DNA of 64,000 nucleotides from Ramazzottius varieornatus (taxonomy: Eukaryota > Animalia > Tardigrada): positions 4,075,158-4,139,157 of the forward strand of contig BDGG01000003.1 in the NCBI GenBank assembly GCA_001949185.1, in the 5' to 3' direction. The notes beneath the pieces were generated by a model. That model did no database searches and was not told where the DNA came from. It saw only the letters and a program-made list of their open reading frames with translations. The number at the start of each line of letters is the position of its first letter. Position 1 is the first letter of the stretch. The translations under genes and the position numbers were made by a program. Positions 35,619 through 48,900 of this stretch are shown here, piece after piece.

Positions 35619-38600
35619 CTACGCTCTGAAGATCATTCTCCATTCCTTCGACATGTTCACACCAGGTTTCCTAATGGTTAGTACGTGGTGCTTGTCATCG
35701 TAAAAGAACTCGAGGACTTTCTTCTGTCCAGAGAAAAGCTCATTGAGCTCGATGCTACTGGGCTTGAACTTGAATCCAGCCAGGTATATTCTTTCTAGCC
35801 ACACTTTGGTTTTGTATGCGCTTGCGGAATGTACCACCCTAAAGAAAATTTGGTTCTTAACTAAAAAATTTGTTCATACTTTTAGGATGTGTTGATTGAT
35901 GTCACAGAAAGAATTTCCTCACCGAGAGCTGAGTATGTTGTTCTTTAGGTGCAGTTTGATGCTGAAGTAATTTCCATCGAGATGTTCACGGGAGATGCCA
36001 TCGTCGAGGTAGAGACTGCCCTGAGCGTCACCCTGAGATAAAGAAATTCAGCGAATGTCAAGTTTCCGCTGCGTCCAAATCCATTCAATGTCATCCGACG
36101 TTTTTTTGGTACAGGTTTCACGTTATACTGTTGTCACAATTCTCTGAGTCACCGACAGCCGCGCCACATTAAACGGACATTGAGAATCTTACCGTATCAT
36201 TCAGCGCAATGGACAGAGTGATAGGATCCTCGATGGACAGGATAGCGCTTCGTCGCACACGGAAGCGACGAGGCATGATAGTTCCGCCCCTTTGGAACAC
36301 GGGAATCTAAACGACATTTCGGAACTCATGATCACATTCGCTTCAGATTACCAAACCAACGAAGATCCGCCCAAAGCAAGGGACATACTTTATTCATCGG
36401 TGTGTCGATCTGGGACTTACTGCCTCCTTTATGAATAGCCAAGGTCGTGATGTCATGCCAAGTCTGAAAATAAAATGTTTCATCATCATTTTCATACGAA
36501 GGAAGAACCCCAGCACTTCTTCAGAAAGTCTTTTTGAACTTACTTCTGCCGAGGTGCCCGGGAAATATACATTCAAGGTCTTTGTGTTCTCATCGGTCAC
36601 TGGTTTCACCAGGAGAGCATCACCTGTAGACAAGAGGCACAACTTGCGTATCCTAAGAAGAACCTGGGAAACAAGTTTGTGTTAAAGCAGACGAACCTAA
36701 CAGATACTCATCGTCCATGGCAAAAGTATTCTGGTCCTCGGGGAATTCGTACCACAACGGTCTCATCATCGGCAAGCCAGTCTGGCTAGCTTCGAAAAAT
36801 AATGTGTACCAGAAGGGCAAGAAAGTATAGCGGGCTCGGATAGAGTCGCGAATGAGCAGCATCGACTGCTCATCGAACAACCAAGGTTCGCGACGACGAG
36901 TGTCAATGTGTGCGTGAGCGCGGAAAAACGGCTGGAAAGCACCAGCCTGGAAAGGGAAGAAGGTTAGCACACCCTATTTGCACAACACAGCATTATATGG
37001 GAGGTCGGCAAACGAAACGCAAAATCGTTAGATCAAGTGACGCAGATCTGCATTGTTACTTGCAAGCAGCTTGCGCAACTTGAAACAGCGGTCACGTACG
37101 TTCCGTCTGCGGCCTCCTATATCACTCTTCAGCAGAAGTACTTACCTGATACCATCGCACAAGCAACTGCGTTTCGGGATTCTTGAAGAATCCACCGACA
37201 TCAGCTCCAGCGAAAGTCATGCCAGCTATGCCTAAGGAGAGGATCATCGGGTTGGAAGCTTTCAAATGTCCCCACTCTGCAGCGTTATCACCGGTCCATA
37301 CAGCGGCTAGAAACGCAAAGTATGATCAGGTAAACGTAGACAGATCTCAAACCCTTCCACAAGAACTTCCGGTTGGACTGAATCTTACTGTATCGTTGAC
37401 TTCCGGTGAAGAAGGAGCGTGTCAGAATGAACGGTCTAACTTTGTTGTCCGCTCGTTTCAAGTGGCCTTCATACGTCGCCTTAGTCTAAAAATAAGATTC
37501 GGTATCATCAAAAAGAACACGAAACGGATACGCAGGTAAAGCTTACATGGAGGATGCCGTACAGGTTATGGACTTCACGATGCTCCAGTCCACCAATATG
37601 TTGGATATCCTTCAACATGGTTATCTCAGGGCCGTTGAAGACAGACGGTTCGTTCATGTCGTTCCAGGTCCAAATCTTATCGAAGGACTCTCGGCTGTAC
37701 AAGTTAGCGTAGTATTCGCAGGTGGCCGGGTTGAGGAAGTCGGGATAGTAGGACGCGCCAGGCCAGCACCATCCTTCGTAGTCCTTCCCGTCTTTGGTTT
37801 TGACGTACAAACCTCGGTCAAGCATCTCCTTGAAGATGAAGTAATTGTCGTCTTTCTTGATATGTGGATCCGAGATGACGATCAGGTTGCGCCCTACGAA
37901 ATACACGAAGCATCACATGAAAGCCTGCGTTAGACGTCCAACTTTGCATCCACCTGCATACACTCGCACGTCTAATTATTATGGTGTGCCTGTATGCAGG
38001 TGTACTCAAAGACACACAATCACAAACGTGCATACCTTATCGCTGTTTAAAACATCGAGCTATCTGTATGCAGGTGTGCGAAAGTTAACCATTCTCACGT
38101 TATGCTTGAATTTAACTGGAGCACATACCTTTGGCGGTGAGGTTGTTGATCATTTCAACAGGATGAGGGAACTTTGGAGTGTCCCATGTGAAATATCGCT
38201 TGCCATCGGTGTACTCAATGTCCAGCCAGATGAAGTCCACTGGGATGTCGTATCGGTCAAAGTTCTCATGAACAGTAGCCACGTCCTTCTCGTCGTTGTA
38301 GTTCCACCGGCATTGATGGTAGCCCAGTGTGACGAACGGAGGGAGGTACGGCCTTCCCACCAGTCCAGTGAACTGTCGAGAGACATCGGCGGGTTTTGGA
38401 CCGAGGAAGAAGAACACGTCGATTATGCCTGTCTCGGAAAACCAATGCGTATCCGTCTTGGGTGTGCTCGATCCACCAAAGAGCGTTCCCTGAAAAGCAA
38501 GCTCTTGATCTCAAGATTTCGACCCTGTCCCAATTACTTTCTGTTTTACCGCTGAGGATATGAAGCCGTAGTCGACATCGACCCACGTTTCCGCGGCGTT

Positions 38601-39947
38601 GTTCCAGTACATGCCGATGGTCGATCGCTCGTTATGGGCAATCATGAAAGGAATGGCTCCATACAGAGCCATGGGACTGTTTAGCTCATACTCGAACACG
38701 TCTAAGTTGTACAGTCGGTAAGGGTCGGTATCTTTGGTGGACCGTAGTCGGAATGAATCGGCATGCTCTGGGAGACCGTAGACGTTCTCGAAACCGAAAA
38801 ATGTCACGTCCAACCCGATCGAATTTGGTCCTAAAAGATCAAAATCGATGAAAAAAGCTCCTTCCAAGACTACAATGGGGATACGAAAACACAACAGTAA
38901 AAATTTTTATACCGTAAGGCTTAGAGTCGACATGTCCCTTGAATGTTTCTTCCCACGGTTCGTCATTCTTGGCTTCTGCTTCTTGCTGTTCATCGGTATC
39001 GTTCGCCACTATCTACCAACAAGAACAAGGGTACAAACCGTGCAAGCAGCTATCGCGAAAGGTTTCGTACCTCGGGACGATGCTCGTCGGTCTGTGATTC
39101 CCAGTCACCAGCGGCGTCTTCGGTCTGCTGGTCATCTGCCGCTGACTTGTCTGAGTTCGGAACGAAACTAGAAATCCAAGAAACAAGACGGGAAATTTTA
39201 CTGCAAGAAGATAGAGCGACACTTGACAAAGCGGAAATGATACAAAGAAACCCGTCACCCCAATATACACGGAAGTAGCAAGATTAACTCACCCCGGCTT
39301 CGTTCGCATCGGTTCGATGAGAAGCAAACTCTGCGAATTCAAGCTCGTGAGCAAAGTTCCATCGTCGTAAATATCTACCCGGAACGGATTATAGATTAAG
39401 TTAAGGTGAAGTTTGTTGGGAAAATTCAGCTGCAGTTGACCAGATTGCTGCTGCAGATCCATCCTGCAAAAAGAAACGAGAAAAGCGATCAAACCTTGAA
39501 TACCGCATATTTCATGAAATACGCGCATGACGTTACAGGTCGTTGTCGGACAAGCTGTTGGGAGTACGAACACATTCGATACGTCAAGCGCAATATAACC
39601 TACGGAGCGGCTTTCGGTAGTTTGTCAATGCTAATGTCCACTTCGTATCGTTTCCTCAGCGGCCTCAGCTCGTTTAGCCTTATCCGGAACGTCCGATCTT
39701 CGAATCCATGGATTTCCAGCAGCAACTCGTCATTGGATTTGATGTTCTTCACTGTTGCAGTCAGAGCCGTCTTCGAGCTGTCCAACTTTACGGTATCGAC
39801 GAGGAGTTCATGGATGTAATAATCTATCCTCGGCTCGCGCTGCCGCCTGCAAAACCTGGCATCTTTGCATGTCTTAAAGTTGCCTTTGTCGACGGTGAAG
39901 GCTGGCGTCAGGAGGAGCAGCAGTGGAAGAATAACCGTCCACGTCAT
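35619..39947 (-). CDS. GANAB: Neutral alpha-glucosidase AB / glucosidase II alpha subunit (GH31, multi-exon)
   Basis: Signal peptide and VDKGNFKTC; YGLPEHAD...[14 protein letters not shown]; GYHQCRWNY; [17 protein letters not shown]; catalytic [14 protein letters not shown]; [19 protein letters not shown]; IRKPGVNM. Confidence 0.96.
36998..37117. mobile_element. Hairpin MITE family copy (GANAB intron)
   Basis: TA-TGGGAGGTCGGCAAACGAAACG...CAAGTGACGCA...TGCGCAACTTG...GCGGCCTCC-TA. Confidence 0.7.
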
Positions 39948-40356
39948 CCTTGCTGTGCAACTCCAGCAGAACGTGTCGCGATGCAGACCGGTGATGTTCT
40001 AAATCTGTCGTCGTTACTCAATCCTGATATGTGCTTCCCCCGCTGCTGTAAACAACCGATGAGCTGGAAAGCCTGCAAGGTCTGACGGGAGGATGGAGTC
40101 AAGCCTGAAGGTAGGATTTGTGGCGAAGAAATAAAAATTCCAAAATTGATATTTCAGTCTACTCGGCTTTCTGTGGTGCGACTCATTGATTGATGGTATT
40201 GCTTCTGACCATTGCCGACGTCACAATATCTAGCACTGCTGCGGCTCATGAATATGAAGAAGTAATCCTGAATCCTGCCTACTCAAACGAGAGAAGGGTT
40301 TTACCCGCTGTCTCAAATCCCTTCTGGGAGTAAGGCGAACCTCGCCTGACCACGGC

Positions 40357-41154
40357 GTGTATCACATAACGGGTCTGCTTCCACTGAGCTTTCAGATTGC
40401 CGAGATGACCTTGCAGTTCTATATGAAAACAGCTCGCTCGTCGGTGGACGAGCTTGAAATTTGTGCCTTAAAGCAGATCCTAGCCGACCGTAAGTTACGG
40501 GGAACCATATACAAACGCTTCTTGCAGCCTGTCTTCGGGTTAAATGATTCAGACTGTGTAGAGGTCTCAATGGCGAAAGCATCCTGCTTTAACCACTCAG
40601 AGTTCTTCGCATTAGCCAAGAACCAGTTTCTTGCAGCCATTCACGGAATGGTTGCTCTCTCACCAAAGCTCGGCCTTCTTGTGAAAGTTTTCCCTTCCGA
40701 TGCACTGCCAGGTTGGCTTTCCGACAGTTCTGAGTCCGCTGTTGGACTTGCGCACACATTGTGCCGCGTTCTTTTATCATCGTCCAATCTTTCAGTTGAA
40801 ACGGGCCGATGGGGACCATCCACCACTCGCGTTCACCGGGGAGACCGGAAGTTCCGTCTCTGCAGAGTCGGAATCGAGAACATACCGCATTTTATGACTA
40901 GATGTCCTCTCTTTGACGGTCCTCGTCGAGACCTTACAGGCGACCTCTGCGACCTCGGGTTCTCGAGCTGTATCGACTTAGTCCCCTGTCTGGAGCGCTG
41001 TCTAACCGTTGCACACGTGCCTTCTTGTCTGCTATTCGCAAAGTTCTTCCATAAGTCTTGGCTCATCCTGTTCTCGCCAAAGCATGCCCAAAAACTGTCC
41101 ATCAAACTCCTTCACTGGCAATCAGTAGCGCATAACACGCCTGCATGCCTCTGA
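40357..41154 (+). mobile_element. 3' fragment of a non-LTR retrotransposon ORF2
   Basis: LSVETGRW...DRKFRLCRVGIENIPHFMTRCPLF resembles the post-RT C-terminal Zn-knuckle region of LINE ORF2. No RT domain present (5' truncated). Confidence 0.7.
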
Positions 41155-41214
41155 GAGCGCTTCCGCGCTCTTTGCACTCACGGCACTCGTAACAAATGGA
41201 CAGATGACCGGACT

Positions 41215-42052
41215 TTGGAATTAAACAAATGTTGTTTTCAGATTATGAATTTCCCCTTCAGGATGTTTGGAGGAATGATTGGAGCCTATGCTTCTTACCA
41301 AATGTCAGGACTGACCACGGGATTTTCTATGGGTTTCCCGCTAGGACCCCCGTTTGGCTTTGCCCTCGGTCCCTCAGCGGGTACGCCTCTGCTGGGAACT
41401 CTCGCTCAACCGAGATTCGCAGCCGATAAGTGGCTGATCCTACAGGGGATGACGACCCAACCAGCTGTTATATCCATCAGCCCTGGCGCTCCGGCCATCC
41501 AGCCGTCCAGCCTTTGCGTCTCTAAAGCCAGCTCCTACCATGCATCAGCGGTTACCAACAGCCCCGTCGGTACGGGTCGACCGGATGTGAAGATCAACTT
41601 GGGGTTGATCGGCCCACCGCACAAGCCCTTCGATCACCGTCGCCTCGGCAATCAACCGCCTCAACACTGTAACTCAAACAGAAACCGAGGTCGGGGCTAC
41701 GGTGAACGTGGCGGTGCTTGTGGCCGCTCTGACGGACGCGGTGGTGGTCGTGGGGGGCGGCCATGGCGCTGGACGGAGCGGTGGACGTTGCAGTGGAGGT
41801 GATAGTGACGGACAACGGGAAAACTTCCCGCAGAACTGCGGAGGAGGGTGGCCCCCGAAAAGCCACCAGAGCCTGGACCCGCCTAGCCAGGCGGATCAAC
41901 CTCCCGTCGGTACTACCAGGTTTGGAGGGCGAGCCCAAGTCGGCGAAGAAGCCCCTCGCGACGGACAGCAAAAACCCAACCACACACATGGACCAGCTCG
42001 AGCATCAAACCGGGAACGACGGAGCCAGTCAGACATCGAAATGGACGAGTGA
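41215..42052 (+). pseudogene. Frameshifted Pro/Gly-rich, RGG-containing low-complexity ORF
   Basis: ORF 41215-41802 ends in RGRGYGERGG..GRGGGRGG; Gly-rich reading continues in a shifted frame (41702-42052). Confidence 0.3.
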
Positions 42053-42919
42053 GCACCTGGACCAAGGCGGAAAGAACGCTCCCCCATCCTTGCTTGGTGG
42101 TAGCTCTCCATGCTATGGTGGGGCGAGTTTTCCACTTCCTTTCTGGTGCCTGATCTCGGATTGTAATCTCTATGTGTCAATCTCTGAAGTTAGTCTTGAT
42201 CGCTTCCACTTGACAAAGCTGTTAGCACTGTATTTTATGTTTCGTTATCCTCTGACGATCGAGGAAGCCGTCGACTAGATTGTCGAGGCTCAATAAATCT
42301 ATCTATCTATCCTCTCACAAGCAGATGACGTCGGTTCAACCTTCGACAGTGGTCATTTTGACGGTCTTTGTGTTTTCGCAGTTCTACACTTCTCGCGGTC
42401 CGTCACCGCCGCTGTGCCGCCACACATCTCTGTCAACTTTGCAAGGACTGCTTAGAATCTGGCATTGCGGTTTGACTTCTGATATGGAATCTAACATCGG
42501 AAACCGAAAGCTGGCCAAAACGGACAACTGTGACGGTGTTAAGTTATTCAGGCTACGAGGGAAATGATGTAAAGTCAGCTGCGCCATACCTAGTCTGTAA
42601 AGTTAGCCGTTCAAGTTCACCTGTTCTTCAATACTCCATGCTAAACTTCTAAGGATGGGTCGATAGATAAAATAATAGCCTATCGAATGGCATTAAGTAC
42701 AGTCAACGCGAGCAGTCACACAATCTAAGAGCTCCGCAATTAGCCACGACTGACAATTAAATAGTCAATCAAGCGATAGACGCCATAGCCGTGGCTAACT
42801 TTACAAACGCGGTATGGGGCGGCTAAGTTTACGACCTTTCCCTCGTACCATTAATCACGCTCGAATTAACTCACTTCCGCAATTCCTTTCGCGTATTTAC
42901 ATCCGAATAGCAAGGTACG

Positions 42920-43290
42920 GTTTTATATTCATAAACGACGACATTGCGCCCATTGCACTACTGTTCGTCTTCATAGCTGGACTCTATTGTCAGCAAGAAC
43001 CCCAAGTCTTCGACCACGTGAAACCCGCTCTGACCGCAGCCGAAGTTCTTTCCTCCCAGTCGCAGGACGCGAACGACCACCCTCACTGCGATATCACCTA
43101 CATCCCTCAAACTTCCTTCAGATGCGCCGACAAAGCTCAGCCAGGTTCCTATGCAGATTCGAACACCCTATCACTCCCAGTACCAAGTCTTCCATCGGTA
43201 AGAATCCCGTGGCGTGTGGGAACCTTGCCAACTCGCGACCATCCAGGGACAGACCTCTGTTCGACACACCACCCGCCGATTACGTGATTA
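42920..43290 (+). pseudogene. Decayed chitin-binding type-2 (peritrophin-A-like) gene
   Basis: Hydrophobic leader, then IPQTSFRCADKAQPGSYAD. After a frameshift, YQVFHR* occupies the position of the usual CQVFHRC motif. Confidence 0.5.
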
Positions 43291-43760
43291 TGTGAGGTAG
43301 AATCCAAGACACCAGCGATCAGCGAACTCGTCAGTATAGCGGAAACCAGCAAGGATCTAGCCAGCGAAGCACAGCGGGGTGCTCCAGCAAGCAGGATCTC
43401 AAGAAGCGCCCTCTGCCGCCATGGGAGCAGGTCAGTCTGGATCCACCGCTCAAAATACTTCGGCTCAGGATTCCTCGCTGACAACAGGAAATAATGCAGG
43501 TCCGAAGGAGAATTCGAACTTGAACAGAGTGTTCAAACAGGGCCTGTTCACTCAACAGGAAAGACAAAGTGGTTAGAGTACTCTACCAGTTTTTTACATA
43601 TTCGTAAGCTTTCTTCGGTACTTTTCATCCTCAACTATATGTTCGATTTCTGCGTCGACCAGTTCACGACTCTGATGAGTAAAAACGCAAAAATAAAAGC
43701 GGTTTCGAAACCGAATTTTTTTCCCGGATATCAACGAGTCTCAATATCTCATGAAAATAA

Positions 43761-44200
43761 TCACACCTTCGCTAGTGTGAATAGAACATGTTTAACAACA
43801 TCGTAAGCTCGAAATTCGAAGCCAGCCATTATGAAGGATCGACTTTTCGTAGCAAGTTGAGGAAGGGCATATCGCTGGATATCCGACTCATTCCGGCGTG
43901 TTGTTCCTGGTGTTCGATCGCTGTACAGAAACTCCACCACGATTCTGAAGACCTCCGCCGTGTAGTTCGGAAGGTAATTTAGAGAGCGTCTTTTTGTCTG
44001 CATTGGATCCGAAGAGCATCGCGAAGAGCACCTCACTTCCGATTCCCCGTATCAACCTACAAGACCCGGAAGTTGCGCACAGTATATTTGGGACAGCTCG
44101 CGATGAGAAAAAGCAATGCTTGCTGGTGAGCAGGGATGCTTTTCGTCAGTCTTTTCTCGTTGGCAATTTGAACAAGATGTCAGCTGGAATAAATAAATTC
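43761..44200 (-). pseudogene. BTB/POZ domain remnant
   Basis: ADILFKL...SEVLFAMLFG in one frame and LPNYTAEVFRIVVEFLYSD in another; interrupted by a stop and a frameshift. Confidence 0.5.
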
Positions 44201-45931
44201 TCGAATGAATACTCGCCACGCATGCGCAATTTCAGGCCTTCCCTTGCCTTATATTGTGCGAAGAAGACCCGTGTACTGTAACTCGGGAAGAAAAGTTAAG
44301 TGGTCTAAGGAATGGGGTTTCAGATCGCGAGATATCACGAAAATGTGGAGAGCCGGAAGAAAGGACGGAAGGAAGAACGAACCAAGCTTGAGAATTCGAA
44401 AAATCAAAAAGGCAAGTGGCAACTTTCCTGTTGACCCGTTTGTTGCTGTTCAATCAAACAGTTTAGCCGCGGTGCAATCAATCGTTATCTGCAAGATGAT
44501 CGAGAGCGTGCGCCATCGCATGCGGGGGAATAGAGCCTTTTGAGAAGTTCCCAACGGCTGTAACTCCAGTGCATTGATTGAATCCACACAACAAGTTTCT
44601 TGACGGGTTAGATTTCGGATATCTGTCCCTTGTGGCCGGCCAACCTCGGCTTCTCCGAAGACTGGAGCAAGCCGCTCTCTAACATCCATTTTGGCGCGCG
44701 CAAATCATTGTTCACCGCTGCTTCGGTAAAGTTGAGTTCGATACTTTCACGAAGAAACATAGCTTGAAGTCTGGAATCAATTGTCACTTTTGTCATAAGG
44801 TACAGCGCTTAATGTCAGCCGTTAATCACGCGCTGCCTTGGAATTCTGGCATATCGCTCACGAGATCCCATGGCAAAGCAATTAGCAAGTTAACGAGGCG
44901 AGCGTGAACTCTTGTGGGGTCTTCGTCAACTTCATGAAACTGAAGACGGGTGAATCAATCACGTCTTTCCATACCGCGATTTCCATCAAGGTGGTTTCTA
45001 TCCAGATTCCTCAGATGCTAAAAATTCTACAAAGCTTTCAACATTCAGCAAAACGTAGGGATGTTCCTGCTGATGTTTATCACTACTACTTCATCGGGGA
45101 GAAACAATAACCAGCATTAGATTTTATTAAGATCGAGACCACAACTAACTTGAGGAAATAATAATCAAAGAAAAACAGCACGATATTTGCAATAAACTTA
45201 TCAGATAAGAATACAGTAGGAGGACAAGATCTGCGGTTCTTTCATATTAATTCGGCAATGTACGGGGCGCGATACGAATTGTCTAAGCACTGCACTTTTC
45301 AATCCAGAATGTTTCAAGCGACTAATCTGTATCCGGAGTCCGCAGTGGTTGAAACAGGAAGAGTGCTGAACCTGAAAAGATACAAAATCTCTATATTATG
45401 GAGGCGTTTCCGGATTCACGAAAATCATAATGTTCCGATGGTCAACGCAACAGCCATTTTGGAAATCTTGGCTTTTCTGTGCAGCATCATATTTGCATTA
45501 CACTTGTAGTTGAAAGGGAACACGTGCTTGCAGTTTCTTATGCCTCGTAAGCTTGAAAGAAGGGACGACACAATGTCGTATTTGACAGCATCAGTCCACA
45601 CTGCTGTCCATATGCCGTGCATTATGCTTGTTAGCCGAGTTACATATCGGTTATTGTCAAATTTATCCCCTCATCCTTCCTTCCTGGTTGTCCTTGTACT
45701 TGTTCATATTTGACACAATTGCACTCTACACCAAGAAAGGAAATTTGCAACAACTGGCGTGAAAAGGCCTTCGAATCTGGACGTGTGTTTGGACAGTATC
45801 TTGGAATCCTATCGATCGAAAGGGACAATTACATTTATAGCCACACACGGTTGGAAATTTGTAGGGCAAACATCGCTTACCGGAAAAGTATTCACTGGAG
45901 AATCTAGTGATTTGTGTGATGCTTGTTTATC

Positions 45932-48900
45932 TTAGTCGTATTTGTCGTGATTGTCGTTGGACGTTGCGTAAAGATGGACGTTTTGTAGGGATTGATAGTA
46001 GGACTGCATAGCGGCGGCGTTGTTCACTTGCTGCTGTTGGACAGGATAATAGGCGGCGGCGGCTGCTGCCTCGTAGTTACCCGTATCATTGGCTAAATGA
46101 GATGGGTACCAGCTGGATGGGCCTGTGGAAGGGTAAACACGGTTTCCGGCGGTGCTGCTCAAACCCTGCAAATCCACTGTGGAGAGATTGTCGGGTAAGC
46201 CTGGATAAGCGCTACAGTAATCGCTACTGTAAGCATTGCCGGCCGCTGACGTCGACAGTGAGGAACAGGCCGAAGGAGCGAATTGCATTGACAGAGCGTG
46301 GGGAACCGCACTGCTGGTGGAAGACAGGACGGGAACTCGCGAGGTCGCCAGCCCGGTCGGCGGAGTCCCTGATCGCGAACGGCTGTTGAGACCTGCGAAG
46401 GATACCAATGAGCTTAGCTTCGACGAACCATCGCACTAAAAAAGACCAGGAGAACAGCTGGAACATAGCCAAACAAACTCCTCAAGATCGTTCTCCAAGT
46501 GGCGCACGGTGCAAGCCAATAACGCTGAAGATGTGCACCACTTGGGAAGACAATTCTGTCGAGTTTGTCTACCGAGCTTCCAGCTTGATTTCCAGATTGG
46601 CTCAACGCTTCGCATTCTGTCTAAGTTTGTTTATCGTCTGCTCATGCGTTCTTCTTTTTATTTTTGATTGGGGAAGAAAAAGAACTATTGATTTTTGTAT
46701 ATTAGATTTTAAAAGTTCTACGAGCCTTTTATTTCTGCCAAAAAAAATATCAGCGTCAATTAAAAAAGTGGATTTAGTCAGTTTGGTTTGGTACGAGGAA
46801 GAGTTTGTAAAGTACCGTGGATAGATGCGTAGTCAGTCTTTTCCTTCTTAATCTTCTTTCTTGATTCTTTCTCCTCCTGCTTGATTTCGTCTTTATCGTC
46901 GGTCGGGCTATCCAGCTGTGCTTCGTCGAGCTCCTTGTCTCGTTGCCCATGGTCCTTCTTCTTGAAGCGTCTTCGACGGCGGAGGTAACTGCCATTCTCG
47001 AACATGTTGACGCTGTCAGGGTCCAGTGTCCAGTAGCTGCCCTTTCCGGGTTTCTTGTCATCTCGAGGAACTTTGACGAAGCATTCGTTCAGAGACAAGT
47101 TATGTCGGATGGAGTTCTGCCACCCCTGCTTGTTCTCACGGTAGAATGCAAACTTATTCATAATGTAGGTGTAGATGCCGTTCAGCGTGATCTTCTTGTC
47201 GGGCGCTTCACAAATGGCCATTGTAATCAAGGCAATGTATGAATATGGGGGCTTCACTTGCTGGTCTTTGCTAAACATGGAATGTGGGGCGTTAGCGTTG
47301 GCTCCCATGTTCATCACATTGCAGGAATTACCGCCATACGGACTGAACCTGTGAAAAATTTGATCGCTGTTGAAAAATTCCAATAAGGTCAATCTTGGGA
47401 GCTCGGCAAACAAACTCGACCACACCGCTTCCCAATTGGCGCACGCTCTCAGGTGACGACATTGAGCACATGCGCCACTTGCAAAACAATCGGGACGAGC
47501 TTGATTGTTCCTCCCAGTGGCGCACTTTCGCCGTGTTTTTGGCTGAAACCCTGCACCACTTCGGAAAACGATCTGGTCGAGTTTCTTTATTAGCCGCTGT
47601 TTGGTTGAGGCTTTTCATTTCAAAAAGATAGCCTTAAGGGGTGACCTGAAGCATTTGTCATTGGCTAGTGAGTTTTCTGGTTAATTTTTCTGGGAGGATT
47701 AAACCAGGAAGTTTGGGACATAGCGGTTGATTAGGTGGGCTATCAATGAGAGAAAAGGAAGAGCAATGTAATCCCATTATAAAAGGCGTTGCGGTGATTT
47801 CACGGACGATCACCCTCGACAAAGAAAGTATGATTGCCTGATTAACTTCACCTGACAAAAGGCGTCCGGTATCAAATGAAGTGGTCAAGCAATGGATTAG
47901 TCCCTCTTGTTTGACGATTAGCCATTTGCAGGTGGGAAAAGATGACAAACAATTAGGGATTAAAATATGTTTCATAGACTTCAATACACATATTCATATC
48001 TGTCCCCAACTATGCTCGGACACATACAGGAAGGGATTAAAGCCACCCCATCATTAATAAACGACGCCATTGCTCTCCCGAACTGGAAAAGAGTAATATG
48101 CAATACGGATCTTTGTACCAGAAACCGAGATCCTGTGACGTTGAAGTACATTGTAAAGACTCTGGTTTCTATTTCAGAAACCTGATACAAGATTATTTTC
48201 CCCAGTGACGCACGCTTTCGGCGGGACTGGCTGAAAGCGTGCGCCACTTGGAAGAACGACTTTGCCGAGTTTGTCTGCCGCGGTCTCTAACATGGACCAT
48301 GAAGGCAGAAAAAGTTCGTTGGTAACGAAAATTGCTCGGAGGTGCCTGATTCCTGCTAGTAAGAAGCCGGGCGGATTGTGGAAGGGAACTATGAAAGAGC
48401 GAAAGCAATCATGAGAAAATAAATGGGACGGACAGGAACTCAAGACAGCGCAACAATAATACGATGCAGGCACAAACAGCAATGGCTGGAATTTTTGAGC
48501 ATTTGTTTAGAAAACATGGGAAATTTGCCTGGCCGACTCAGTCGACATTCCTTCATACAGAGAAGGAGCGCGGGGATATGCGCTTGTTTTTCCAGAGCCA
48601 GCATTTGTGGCTGACCGTATATGATAATGATGGAAGATTATGAAGGGAGCAGCCAAGAGTACAAGTGACAGTTTTTGTTTGTGTAATCTTGCTGGTGTTT
48701 TCTTATTAAATAACGCCGGCAACTTGGCATAACAAAATTCGCAGCTACCAAAACTCGCCACCTCTTCGTTTTCAGGAACGAACATATTTAGAAAGAATAT
48801 ATTGCTCCGACCCAAGTCTTCACTTCTTCATTTCACTCTTCAGACTTCCAGCCCACGCAGTCTTCGTTTCAGCGGCGAGTTTCTATTTTATCATATTATA

